Source: Candidatus Woesearchaeota archaeon
GTDB lineage: Archaea; Nanobdellota; Nanobdellia; Pacearchaeales; GW2011-AR1
DNA: 64,000 bases
Reading direction: 5' to 3'
Assembly (NCBI GenBank): GCA_964612895.1
Contig: CAZTFL010000001.1
Coordinates: forward strand, 265,043-329,042
Both the position numbers and the translations under genes were made by a program. The notes under the pieces are model-generated. The model was not told the DNA's origin. It saw only the letters and a program-made list of their open reading frames with translations, and made no database searches. Within the stretch, counting starts at the first letter, position 1. Each line of letters opens with the position of its first letter. Shown one piece after another: positions 18,369-28,338 of this stretch.

Positions 18369-19423
18369 TTTATCTCCAATTTTTCATTAGCTAAATGATG
18401 ACAAATTCCCTTTTTATCAGAATTAGAAGCTTGACTAGAAACCAGGGTCGGTCTTATTTGAACAAGAGAAGAATGACTTAAAACCTTTTTTAATCTTTCA
18501 AATCCATTTTGGCAATCTTCTCTAATTTTTTCTAACACTCCTTCATAGATATCGTTTTTTAATGAGTTAAACTGCTCCATCTCCGGATCTATATCTCTTG
18601 AGAACTGTTCAAGAGATTCTGCTTCATAAAAATAAGCTCTTTGTTCCTCAAAATCTTTTTTTAAATCGCTGTTTTTATCCAGTTCTGAGGAAGAAAAAGC
18701 ATCTTTTCCAAGATAATCTGCATAAGCATCAAGTATCTTTTTTATATAAACTGCCTCGCTATTCATAATTTCTTCAGGAGGTCTTTTTGATATTGGACGA
18801 GGTTTAGATAATATTCCAAAGTGGTATGAAAAACATGGCGTCTCTTTGTATTGTTCAATAAAGTCCTTTATATCTAAAAGTTTAAACACTGAAAAATCAA
18901 ACGATTCTAAATAACTTTTTAGTTCATCTGTCAATGGAATACCTGATGTACTTATAGATTTACAACAAGAATTGTCCCAGTTAGAAATCAACTCTTTTTT
19001 GAGATTTTCTTTTGAGTTCAAAATATCCCATGCATTTGGAGTGACTCCCTTTGGAGAAAATATATAATTTTCTTTTGGAGGCGTTATACTTCCTTGTTTG
19101 CAATAATAACAAATTTTCCCAACTTCAATCAAAATCTCTTTTTTTGATAATTTCTTAGCATATTTCTTACATTGATAATTTATCCAGGTTCCATCATTTT
19201 CATAAACACCAATATCTCGTCCCTTATCTCCTGGACCCCCTATCCTAATCACTTTCACATCTTTATTTTGTTTCTTCTTAAATAAATAAAAAGCCCATTG
19301 TTCAATAATTCGTTCAAACTCTTCGTCACCAACTATCTCTAAAAATTTTATTGGATCCAAAGAGTTTGATCTAAGGATTATTCCGCCTTGAGGCATTACC
19401 GGTTCAACAAGGTCGTTTATCAT
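18356..19423 (-). CDS. Effector with N-terminal Mrr-like PD-(D/E)xK restriction-endonuclease domain (LmuA / ABC-3C effector-like)
   Basis: The segment VIRIGGPGDKGRDIGVYENDGTWINYQCKKY fits a D ... E-x-D ... QCK arrangement typical of Mrr-type REase cores. It is first in a three-gene operon. Confidence 0.5.
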   Translation of the reverse strand: MINDLVEPVMPQGGIILRSNSLDPIKFLEIVGDEEFERIIEQWAFYLFKKKQNKDVKVIRIGGPGDKGRDIGVYENDGTWINYQCKKYAKKLSKKEILIEVGKICYYCKQGSITPPKENYIFSPKGVTPNAWDILNSKENLKKELISNWDNSCCKSISTSGIPLTDELKSYLESFDFSVFKLLDIKDFIEQYKETPCFSYHFGILSKPRPISKRPPEEIMNSEAVYIKKILDAYADYLGKDAFSSSELDKNSDLKKDFEEQRAYFYEAESLEQFSRDIDPEMEQFNSLKNDIYEGVLEKIREDCQNGFERLKKVLSHSSLVQIRPTLVSSQASNSDKKGICHHLANEKLEIKWKK

Positions 19424-19535
19424 AATTTTCTAAAGAAACCCTTATTTTAAAAGATTCGCATTATTTTGAGAAGCAAATAATACAGGAGTAATACGGATTA
19501 AATAACTTTTTAAAAATCAGACTCATTAATTAATT

Positions 19536-21023
19536 ATGGTGGAAAAAATAACCCTTTCAGAGATGGAATCATACCTTTGGGGTGCTGCCAATATCTTAAG
19601 GGGACCTGTTGATGCTTCAGATTTTAAGGCCTATATTTTTCCCCTACTTTTTTTTAAGCGTATTTCAGATATTTATGATGAAGAATATGAAGATGCTCTA
19701 GAAGAATCGGGAGGAGATGAAGAATATGCCTCTTTTCCTGAGCAACATGATTATATAATTCCTAGTGGAGCTCATTGGAAGGATGTGAGAGAAAAAACTA
19801 CCAACGTTGGAGAAGCAATTCAATATTCCTTTAGAGAAATTGAGAAGGCAAATCCAGATCAACTTTATGGTATTTTTGGAGATGTTAATTGGACCAATAA
19901 AGAAAGATTGCCTGATGAACTTTTGATTAACTTAGTAGAACATTTTTCAAGCAAAACCTTATCTAAGAAAAATGCAGAGCATGACCTTTTAGGACAAGCA
20001 TATGAATTTTTAATTAAAAAATTTGCAGATTTAACTAACCGAAAAGCAGGTGAGTTCTATACTCCAAGGACAATAGTTCATTTAATGGGTTCAATATTAA
20101 AGCCCAAAGAAACAGATAGTATTTACGATCCTGCATGCGGTTCGGGAGGTATGCTTTTAGAGGCATATCATTATGTTAAGGAAAGAAATGGGGACTTTAG
20201 AACATTAAGGATTTATGGGCAAGAAAAGAATTTGACTACTTCTGCAATAGCTCGGATAAACTTATTTTTACATGGAATGAAGGATTTTCAAATCATTAGA
20301 GGAGATACTTTAAGAAATCCTGCTTTTAGAGAGGGGGATAGACTAGCTCAGTTTGATGTAGTAATCGCTAATCCGCCATTTTCTTTAAAGAATTGGGGAT
20401 ACGAAAATTGGGCACAAGATCCTTTTGGCAGAAATTTTGCAGGAGTTCCGCCAGAGAGCTATGGTGATTTTGCATGGGTTCAGCATATGGTAAAATCAAT
20501 GGCCCATCCAAACGGTAGGATGGCAGTTATTCTTCCGCATGGGGCTTTGTTTAGAAGTGGGGCTGAGGCAAGAATTAGAAAAGAATTGATTGATAATGAT
20601 TTAGTTGAGACAATTATTGGATTAGGACCAAACTTATTTTATGGGACTGGAATAAGTGCATGCATTTTAGTTTTGAAACTAAACAAAGAGAAAAATAAAA
20701 AGAATAAAATTTATTTTATCGATGCTTCTAATCAATATCAAAAAGGCAGAAATCAAAATTATTTTTTAGAAGAACATACAAATAATGTTTTATCATGGTA
20801 TGAATCTTATAAAGATAAAGAAAATATCAGCCGTGTTGTCGATGCTTCAGAAATTGCCGAGAATGATTATAATCTCAACTTACTTAGATATATAAAAAAG
20901 ATAGATGAAGAAGATAGGGTTAGTTTAGAGCAAGTCTATAAATCTCTTTTAGATGAAGAAGATAAATTCAATAAATCACAAAAAGAAATGAGTAAAATTT
21001 TGGAGAAATATAATTTAATATGA
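19536..21023 (+). CDS. hsdM: Type I restriction-modification methyltransferase subunit HsdM (copy 1)
   Basis: The HsdM N-domain reads LWGAANILRG. SAM motif I is DPACGSGGML. Catalytic motif is VVIANPPFSLKNW (NPPF). The protein is 495 aa. Confidence 0.85.
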   Translation: MVEKITLSEMESYLWGAANILRGPVDASDFKAYIFPLLFFKRISDIYDEEYEDALEESGGDEEYASFPEQHDYIIPSGAHWKDVREKTTNVGEAIQYSFREIEKANPDQLYGIFGDVNWTNKERLPDELLINLVEHFSSKTLSKKNAEHDLLGQAYEFLIKKFADLTNRKAGEFYTPRTIVHLMGSILKPKETDSIYDPACGSGGMLLEAYHYVKERNGDFRTLRIYGQEKNLTTSAIARINLFLHGMKDFQIIRGDTLRNPAFREGDRLAQFDVVIANPPFSLKNWGYENWAQDPFGRNFAGVPPESYGDFAWVQHMVKSMAHPNGRMAVILPHGALFRSGAEARIRKELIDNDLVETIIGLGPNLFYGTGISACILVLKLNKEKNKKNKIYFIDASNQYQKGRNQNYFLEEHTNNVLSWYESYKDKENISRVVDASEIAENDYNLNLLRYIKKIDEEDRVSLEQVYKSLLDEEDKFNKSQKEMSKILEKYNLI

Positions 21024-22543
21024 GCAAAGCAAAACAAGAGATAGTCGAAGGAGCAATAAGTCAGCAAGAATTAGAGGGATATCTTTGGGGTGCTGCGAAT
21101 TTACTTAGAGGAGTAATTGATCCAGGAGATTATAAAAGCGTTATTTTTCCATTAATGTTCTTTAAAAGAATATCTGATGTGTATGATGAAGAATATGAAG
21201 ATGCATTGAAAGAGTCCGATGGCGATGAAGATTATGCAAACTATCCCGAACAGCATGAATTCCAAATACCAAAAAACTCTCATTGGAAGGATGTAAGAGA
21301 AGTCAGCAAGGATGTAGGAAAGGCAATTAAAAATGCAATGGACAATATTGAAAAATCTAATCAAGACAAATTAATGGGCATTTTTGGAGATACTAATTGG
21401 ACCAACAAAGACAGATTAAGTGACTCAATTCTTACAAGTTTAATAGAGCACTTTTCAACTTTAAATCTCACAATAAAAAACGTTCCTCAAGATGAATTTG
21501 GAACTGCATATGAATTCTTGATTAAGAAGTTTGCGGATGATAGCGGACATACTGCTGCAGAATTTTATACTAATAGAACAGTTGTTAAGATATTAGCTAT
21601 GATTTTAGATCCAAAGCCAGGCGAATCTATTTACGACCCTACTTGCGGTTCAGGAGGAATGTTGCTTAATTCTGCCTTGTTAGTTAAAGAAAAGGGAGAG
21701 GAATATAGAAACTTAAAATTATATGGGCAGGAAATAAATATGATCACCTCAGGTATTGCGAGGATGAATATGTTTATTCATGGCTTTAATGATTTTCATG
21801 TTGCAAGAGGAGATACATTAAGAGACCCTGCTTTTGTTGAAAATGATCAATTAAAAAAGTTTGATATTGTTATCGCCAATCCGCCTTATTCAATTAGCAA
21901 ATGGAATCAAGAAGCGTGGAAACATGATCCTTGGGGAAGAAATAAATATGGGCTTCCACCAAAAGGCAATGCTGATTATGCTTTCTTTCAGCACATAATT
22001 TGTTCAATGAAAGATAAGACTGGAAGATGCGGTGTTTTATTTCCTCACGGAATTTTAGAAAGGGATGCAGAGCAGGAAATGAGAAAAAGAATTATTGAAG
22101 AAGATTTAATTGATTGTGTTGTTGGACTTGGAAAAGATTTATTCTATAATTCTTCAATGGAGTCTTGTTTAGTCTTTTGTAAAACTAAAAAAGATCCTGC
22201 GAAAAAGGGAAAGATATTATTTATTGATGCAAGAGATGAACTTACTCGAAAACAAACTCAGAGCTTTTTAGAAAAGCACCATATTGATAAAATCTTCAAA
22301 GCATATAAAGAATACAAAGATGTTGAGGGTTTTGCTAAGATTGTAAGCAATGAGGATGTTTTAAGTAACAATGGAAACCTAAACATTAAATTGTATGTTG
22401 AGAATCATCGACACCTTAACATGGATATTATTACAACTCCATTAAAGAAGTTTGTCGATGATTGGAAAAAAAGCTCTAAAGAACTTGAAGAGTCTACTAA
22501 AGAAATGAATAAAGTTTTGAAGGAGGTAATAAATGGAAAATAA
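21020..22543 (+). CDS. hsdM: Type I restriction-modification methyltransferase subunit HsdM (copy 2, paralogue)
   Basis: Same architecture as copy 1. Motifs are LWGAANLLRG, DPTCGSGGML and IVIANPPYSISKW. It overlaps copy 1 by 4 nt. Confidence 0.85.
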   Translation: MSKAKQEIVEGAISQQELEGYLWGAANLLRGVIDPGDYKSVIFPLMFFKRISDVYDEEYEDALKESDGDEDYANYPEQHEFQIPKNSHWKDVREVSKDVGKAIKNAMDNIEKSNQDKLMGIFGDTNWTNKDRLSDSILTSLIEHFSTLNLTIKNVPQDEFGTAYEFLIKKFADDSGHTAAEFYTNRTVVKILAMILDPKPGESIYDPTCGSGGMLLNSALLVKEKGEEYRNLKLYGQEINMITSGIARMNMFIHGFNDFHVARGDTLRDPAFVENDQLKKFDIVIANPPYSISKWNQEAWKHDPWGRNKYGLPPKGNADYAFFQHIICSMKDKTGRCGVLFPHGILERDAEQEMRKRIIEEDLIDCVVGLGKDLFYNSSMESCLVFCKTKKDPAKKGKILFIDARDELTRKQTQSFLEKHHIDKIFKAYKEYKDVEGFAKIVSNEDVLSNNGNLNIKLYVENHRHLNMDIITTPLKKFVDDWKKSSKELEESTKEMNKVLKEVINGK

Positions 22544-23765
22544 AATTCCTAAGGGTTGGGAAAAAATAAAGCTCGGAGATGTTGTTGAGCATGTAAAAGA
22601 TAAAGTTCATAATCGAGAAGAGTGGACCTTTGATAGATATATTGGAGGAGAACATTTTGAGGAGGGAGAGATAAGAATTACTAAATCTGCACCAATTGAA
22701 GGCAATGAAGGAGTAATCGGCTCTGCGTTTCATATGAGATTTAAGCCAGGACAAGTTCTTTATGTTACAAGAAATCCAAGACTTAGAAAAGGAGGCATGG
22801 TTGATTTTGAGGGAGTTTGTTCTAATGTTACATTCACACTCCAAGCTAATGAAGAAAAACTATCTCAAAAGCTTCTGCCATTTATAATTCAAACAGAGAG
22901 CTTCACAAAACATGCATGCAATAGTGCTCATGGTTCTACAAATCCTTTCTTAAATTGGAAAGACATCGCAAGTTATGATTTATTACTCCCGCCATTAAAC
23001 GAACAAAAAAAGATTGCAGAAGTTTTGTGGGCTGTGGAAGAAGCCATAAAAAATAATGAAGGTGTTATTAAAAAATTTGAATTATTTAGACTTAAAACTA
23101 TGAAAGAAGTCTTAACAAAGGGAATTGGAAAACAAAATTATATTGAATCAGAATTGGGATTAATTCCTAAAGGTTGGAATATTAAAAAGATTTCAGATAT
23201 ATGCAATATTAGAAGGGGGGCTTCTCCAAGACCGATAAATGATAAAAGGTTTTTTTCCAATTCTGGACCGGGCTGGATTAGAATAGCAGATGTAACTCCA
23301 GTATATAAATATCTTAAAAAAACTACACAATATTTATCTGAATTAGGTGCATCAAAGAGTGTTCGGGTTATGAAGGGAGATCTAATTATGAGTATATGTG
23401 CAACAATCGGGAAACCAGTTATAATTGATATGGATGCATGCATACATGACGGCTTTGTATTGTTCTCCGGTATAAAAGAAAAAGAAATTTTAATGGAATA
23501 TTTATTTTATGTGTTACTTTTTAAAGAGAAAGAGTTTTTATCAAATAAACAGGTTGGGACGCAAGGGAACCTAAATACTTCTATTGTGGGAAATATAAAA
23601 TTAGGTATTCCTCCAAGCATAGATGAACAAAAAAAGATTGTAGACGTATTGGTAAAAATTGATAATGGACTTTTTAGCTATAAGGAGAATCTTAAGTCTT
23701 TAAAAGCCCTAAGGCAAAAACTTATGAATGAGCTTTTTTTGGGTAAAATAAGATTGGAGAAATAA
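22533..23765 (+). CDS. hsdS: Type I R-M specificity subunit HsdS
   Basis: 410 aa with two target-recognition-domain halves separated by conserved helical spacers. It overlaps the hsdM2 stop and abuts hsdR. Confidence 0.8.
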   Translation: MENKIPKGWEKIKLGDVVEHVKDKVHNREEWTFDRYIGGEHFEEGEIRITKSAPIEGNEGVIGSAFHMRFKPGQVLYVTRNPRLRKGGMVDFEGVCSNVTFTLQANEEKLSQKLLPFIIQTESFTKHACNSAHGSTNPFLNWKDIASYDLLLPPLNEQKKIAEVLWAVEEAIKNNEGVIKKFELFRLKTMKEVLTKGIGKQNYIESELGLIPKGWNIKKISDICNIRRGASPRPINDKRFFSNSGPGWIRIADVTPVYKYLKKTTQYLSELGASKSVRVMKGDLIMSICATIGKPVIIDMDACIHDGFVLFSGIKEKEILMEYLFYVLLFKEKEFLSNKQVGTQGNLNTSIVGNIKLGIPPSIDEQKKIVDVLVKIDNGLFSYKENLKSLKALRQKLMNELFLGKIRLEK

Positions 23766-23766
23766 A

Positions 23767-26655
23767 ATGTTTAATGAACAAAACACCGTTGAAGATTATG
23801 TAAGAGACCTTTTAGTTAAACACGGTTGGACTTTCGTTCCAAAAGAAAAACTTCCTCGTCAAGAAACAGATGTCTTAGTTGAGAAACAAGTTAGAGATGC
23901 CCTTATTAGATTAAATCCTTCAATTGAAGAAGATCATGATAGAGCGGATGAAGTTTTGTATAAATTAAAAGCCATATTGGTGTCTGCAAGAGGGACAGGG
24001 GTTGTTAAGACTAATGAAGAGTTTACTCGATGGATTAGAAATGAAAAAACCATGCCTTTTGGAGAAAATGGCGAGCACGTATCTATAAAATTAATTGATT
24101 TTGATGACTTAAAAAATAATGAATTTATTGTTACAACACAATATACTTTTATTTCTGGACAGAATAGAAGAGCAGATTTAGTTCTTTTAGTAAATGGAAT
24201 ACCTTTAGTAATCGGAGAATGTAAAACCCCTGTTAGACCTGCAATTTCATGGGTTGATGGGGCGATTCAACTCGAAGAATATCAAAATTCCTTACCTACA
24301 TTATTTGTCCCTAATTTATTCTGCTTTGCTACAGATGGTAAAGAATACAGAGTTGGTTCAATTAAACTACCAATTGAAAAATGGCAACCTTGGAAAAAAA
24401 CAACAGATACGGTTTTTGAGAAATTAACCGAATTAAAAAATTCTGTTGATTTAATGTTAAAACCTGAGATTGTTCTTGATTTATTATTAAACTTTACTTT
24501 ATTTAGCACAGATAAAACTGGACAAAGTATTAAAGTTCTTTGCCGATACCAGCAATATGAAGCTACAAAACAACTTATACAAAGAGTTATTGATGGCAAA
24601 GTTAGAAAAGGATTAATTTGGCATTTTCAAGGTTCAGGAAAATCCTTATTAATGGTTTATGCTGCACAACTTTTAAGAAAAGAACCCAAACTAAAAAGCC
24701 CGACAGTTATTGTTGTCGTAGATAGAATCGATTTAAATTCTCAAATAAGCGGAACATTTAGTGCTTCACAAGTTCCAAATATAGTAGTTGCTGAATCTCG
24801 TGAAGAATTAAAAAAATTATTAAAACAAGATACTAGAAAAATAATTATAACAACAATTCATAAATTTGCAGAGGCTAATGGGATTTTAAACGATCGAGAG
24901 AATATAATTGTTTTAGTTGATGAGGCACATAGAACTCAGGAGGGGGATTTGGGTAAAAATATGAGAGATTCTTTACCAAATGCATTTTTATTTGGATTAA
25001 CAGGAACTCCAATTAATAAGAGGGACAGAAATACTTTCTGGGCTTTTGGAGCTGAGCAAGATAAAAATGGTTATATGAATCGATACTCATTTGAGCAATC
25101 TTTAACAGATAAGGCAACACTTCCGATTTATTTTGAACCTCGACCCGTTGAATTAAGAATTGATAAAAAGGCAATTGATGATGCCTTCGATGAAATAACT
25201 GATGCCCTTTCAGATAATGATAAAGCAGAACTATCTAAACGTGCTGCGAAAATGGGGGCTTTAATTAAATCTAAAGATAGAATTAAGGAAGTTTGTAAAA
25301 ATATGGTAGAACATTACAAAGAATATATTGAGCCTAATAATTTCAAAGGACAAATTGTTGTTTTTGATAGGGATGCGTGTGATTTGTATAAAAAAGAAAT
25401 TGACAAATTATTATCTCCAGAAGAAACTGCAGTAGTTATGACTGTTAATACAAAAGAAACTGAATGGAAAAAGAAATATTTCTTAAGCGACGATGATATG
25501 GAAAAATTGCTTAATAGGTTTAGAGATCCAAAAGATCCTCTTAAATTACTCATCGTTACATCAAAGCTTCTTACTGGTTTTGATGCTCCTATAAATCAAG
25601 TTATGTATTTAGACAAACCAATGAAGGACCACACATTATTGCAAGCAATCTGTAGAGTTAATCGACCATATAATGGAAAAAATAATGGTTTAATTGTAGA
25701 CTATTTAGGAATTTTTGATAATGTTTCTAAATCATTAAATTTTGATATAAAAGATGTTCAAAAAGTAATTTCCAATATTAGTAATCTAAGAGATGAAGTC
25801 CCTAATGCTATAAAAAAATGTTTATCCCATTTTAAGAAAATAGATAGATCTATTGATGGATACGAGGGTCTTTTACTCGCACAGGATTGTTTACCTACAA
25901 ATGAAAAGAAAGATGAATTCGCTGCAGATTATTCTTATTTGAATCGACATTGGGAAGCAGTATCTCCTGATAAGTTCTTGGATAACTATCAGAAAGATTA
26001 CAAATGGTTAACTCAAATTTACGAATCTTTACAGCCTCCAAGTGGAAATGGTCGATTAATCTGGCATACTTTAGGAGCAAAGACAATCGAGCTCATCAAT
26101 AAAAATGTAACTGTTCAAACAATTAGAGATGATTTAGAGCCATTAATCATGGATTCAAGTGTTCTTGGAAGAATTAATGAAAAAGATGCAAGAATAAAAG
26201 CAAAAGAACTTGAGATGCGTATTGTCTGGAATTTACATAAACATGCAGGCGATCCTAGATTTAAGGAGCTTGGTAAGAGATTGGAAGAGTTGAAAGAAAA
26301 ACATTATAAGAATGTAATTAATAGTTTAACCTTCTTAAAAGAACTTTTAGAAATTGCTAAGGAAACCGTTAAGCTTGAAAGAGAAACAGAGGCAGAACCG
26401 ATCGACAGCTCAAGAGAAGCATTAAGTAAACTCTTTTTAGAATGCAAAGTTGAAACTACTCCAAAAATTATAGAAAAAATAGTAGAAGAAATTGATGGGG
26501 TCGTAAAGGTTACGAGATTTGATGGGTGGCAATGGACATTATCTGGAGAAAAAGAAATAAAGATGGCTTTAAGAAGAACCCTTTTGAAATATAAACTTCA
26601 CAAAGAACAAGATTTGTTTGATAAAGCATATGATTACATAAGGGAGCATTATTAA
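23767..26655 (+). CDS. hsdR: Type I R-M restriction subunit HsdR (SF2 helicase/nuclease)
   Basis: Motif I is IWHFQGSGKSLL. The DEAH box is VLVDEAHRTQEG. The N-terminal Res-III-type nuclease region carries DLVLLVNGIPLVIGECK. The protein is 962 aa. Confidence 0.85.
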   Translation: MFNEQNTVEDYVRDLLVKHGWTFVPKEKLPRQETDVLVEKQVRDALIRLNPSIEEDHDRADEVLYKLKAILVSARGTGVVKTNEEFTRWIRNEKTMPFGENGEHVSIKLIDFDDLKNNEFIVTTQYTFISGQNRRADLVLLVNGIPLVIGECKTPVRPAISWVDGAIQLEEYQNSLPTLFVPNLFCFATDGKEYRVGSIKLPIEKWQPWKKTTDTVFEKLTELKNSVDLMLKPEIVLDLLLNFTLFSTDKTGQSIKVLCRYQQYEATKQLIQRVIDGKVRKGLIWHFQGSGKSLLMVYAAQLLRKEPKLKSPTVIVVVDRIDLNSQISGTFSASQVPNIVVAESREELKKLLKQDTRKIIITTIHKFAEANGILNDRENIIVLVDEAHRTQEGDLGKNMRDSLPNAFLFGLTGTPINKRDRNTFWAFGAEQDKNGYMNRYSFEQSLTDKATLPIYFEPRPVELRIDKKAIDDAFDEITDALSDNDKAELSKRAAKMGALIKSKDRIKEVCKNMVEHYKEYIEPNNFKGQIVVFDRDACDLYKKEIDKLLSPEETAVVMTVNTKETEWKKKYFLSDDDMEKLLNRFRDPKDPLKLLIVTSKLLTGFDAPINQVMYLDKPMKDHTLLQAICRVNRPYNGKNNGLIVDYLGIFDNVSKSLNFDIKDVQKVISNISNLRDEVPNAIKKCLSHFKKIDRSIDGYEGLLLAQDCLPTNEKKDEFAADYSYLNRHWEAVSPDKFLDNYQKDYKWLTQIYESLQPPSGNGRLIWHTLGAKTIELINKNVTVQTIRDDLEPLIMDSSVLGRINEKDARIKAKELEMRIVWNLHKHAGDPRFKELGKRLEELKEKHYKNVINSLTFLKELLEIAKETVKLERETEAEPIDSSREALSKLFLECKVETTPKIIEKIVEEIDGVVKVTRFDGWQWTLSGEKEIKMALRRTLLKYKLHKEQDLFDKAYDYIREHY

Positions 26656-26700
26656 ATAAAAATAAAACAAAATAAGATATAATATTTTTTATAACTAAGA

Positions 26701-27759
26701 TTAATCTATTTTATTTAATTCTTTAATAAAAGAAATTAATATATCATATGCTTCTAAAAACTTATTATAATCCTTTCTTTCATACAACATTTCTGAAGGA
26801 ATATTCCCAGAATCTTGTCTTGAAGAGAAATCTTTATTATGCATAACAGTATTTCTAAAATAAATAATCTTTTGTATCCCTTTTTTTAATTCTTTTTTTG
26901 AAGTATATTGTAAAGATATTGCCTTTTCACTCAGTGAATAATATAGTAAATCTCTTAATTCTATATGTTGAAATGGAGGTAGTTTTTGTTCATAGATATT
27001 TTTTTCTAATTTTTCTAATTTTTCTTTATTTGAACTTTCACGATTTTTTAAAAATAGTAATATATCCTTATCCTCTTTTTTTATTAGAATTAATTTCTCT
27101 CTTAATAATCTTTCAAATACATTTAAAATAGAATAAAAATAAATATATGCCGTTGAGCTAATTAAATCACAAAAGTGTATCACTCCTACTAACTTTTTAT
27201 TATCTAATACGAATAACAAATCTCGCTTTTTTGTTTTGTCTATTAGTTCTGATAAATTAGATTTAGCTGAGATTGTATCCTCTTTTTTAAACTTTTTTTT
27301 AGTGAATCTTTTTGTTTGTTTATTAAAAAACATATAATATTTAGTAGAATTTTTTATTGGTACTTTCTCTATATCTCTTCTCAAACAAAATTCTTTTGAT
27401 TCTTCTTTGTTCTTAAAAAAGAATAACTCTTTGACCATTAATTCTTCTACAAGAATCATAGATCTTATTTGAGATAATATTTTATCTTTTCCTCCTTCAG
27501 CATAAAATTTAACTCTTACACCACCATTAATCTTCTTTGTTCCAAATTTTTGTATATCATTTTTAATAATTTGGTAATATTTTACTTTATTCTTAAAATC
27601 TTTAGAATATCTTGAACCAATCCATGCACAATAACCAACATTTAAACCAAAAGCTTCTCCAAGTTCCTCAAGACCTTTTCTTTTAGCATCTTCTTCATTT
27701 ATATTTTTTAAAATAACAGTTTTGTCTATAAATTTAATTTTAATATCTTCCGGATTCAT
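26701..27759 (-). CDS. Abi-like abortive-infection protein with C-terminal HEPN motif
   Basis: C-terminal KIIYFRNTVMHNK fits the HEPN R-x4-H signature. The architecture resembles the Abi_2/AbiD-F family. It sits between the Type I R-M system and other nuclease genes. Confidence 0.45.
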   Translation of the reverse strand: MNPEDIKIKFIDKTVILKNINEEDAKRKGLEELGEAFGLNVGYCAWIGSRYSKDFKNKVKYYQIIKNDIQKFGTKKINGGVRVKFYAEGGKDKILSQIRSMILVEELMVKELFFFKNKEESKEFCLRRDIEKVPIKNSTKYYMFFNKQTKRFTKKKFKKEDTISAKSNLSELIDKTKKRDLLFVLDNKKLVGVIHFCDLISSTAYIYFYSILNVFERLLREKLILIKKEDKDILLFLKNRESSNKEKLEKLEKNIYEQKLPPFQHIELRDLLYYSLSEKAISLQYTSKKELKKGIQKIIYFRNTVMHNKDFSSRQDSGNIPSEMLYERKDYNKFLEAYDILISFIKELNKID

Positions 27760-27819
27760 AATAATAAAACTAATCTTATCTTTAAATAATTTTTTCTATA
27801 CATTTCTTTTTTTAATCTC

Positions 27820-28338
27820 TTACTTTATTCTTTTTTCCCATTTTTCCCTTTCAAGATCTTCCAATTTTATTCCTTTTTCTTTAGCTTTTTTTCTCATAAG
27901 TTCAATATACTCTAAATAATGAGAAAGATACCCGAAAAAGGGGTAATCTTCTGAATTTATTGTATCTTTTGGTATATCGTTTTGTTTAAAACATTTCTTT
28001 TTTCTTAGTTCATTTATAGTGATTACATCAAAAGGTACATATCTTTCTGGAAATTTTATTGTAAGTATAAATGAAGCAATAGATATGGTAACTCCATTAA
28101 TATTACATAATTCTTTTATTGCATCTTCTGTTTTATCTCTTTTTGCTAATTTAAAAGCCTTTCTTGTTATTTCTTTAATCTTTTCTTCAGAGTCTAAAAA
28201 GTTTTTTTTAGGTTTAAAGTTTTTAAGTTTTAAGAGATCAGAACTAGACCATTCTTTTTTATTCCTTATTTGCTTCGCTATTTCTTCAAATTTTTTTCTT
28301 GCATTATCCATTTTTTCTTTGTTAGTTACTTTTACCAT
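27820..28338 (-). CDS. Hypothetical protein, co-operonic with the DUF2779-like gene
   Basis: 172 aa with no motifs. It overlaps the upstream gene's stop by 17 nt. Confidence 0.35.
   Translation of the reverse strand: MVKVTNKEKMDNARKKFEEIAKQIRNKKEWSSSDLLKLKNFKPKKNFLDSEEKIKEITRKAFKLAKRDKTEDAIKELCNINGVTISIASFILTIKFPERYVPFDVITINELRKKKCFKQNDIPKDTINSEDYPFFGYLSHYLEYIELMRKKAKEKGIKLEDLEREKWEKRIK

Noticed and set aside
21152-27131. Small antisense ORFs within the hsdM2, hsdS, hsdR and Abi genes, namely those at 21152, 22497, 23138, 24282, 25314, 25895 and 26898
   Set aside because: All are embedded in longer ORFs with clear family signatures, and their translations are low-complexity.
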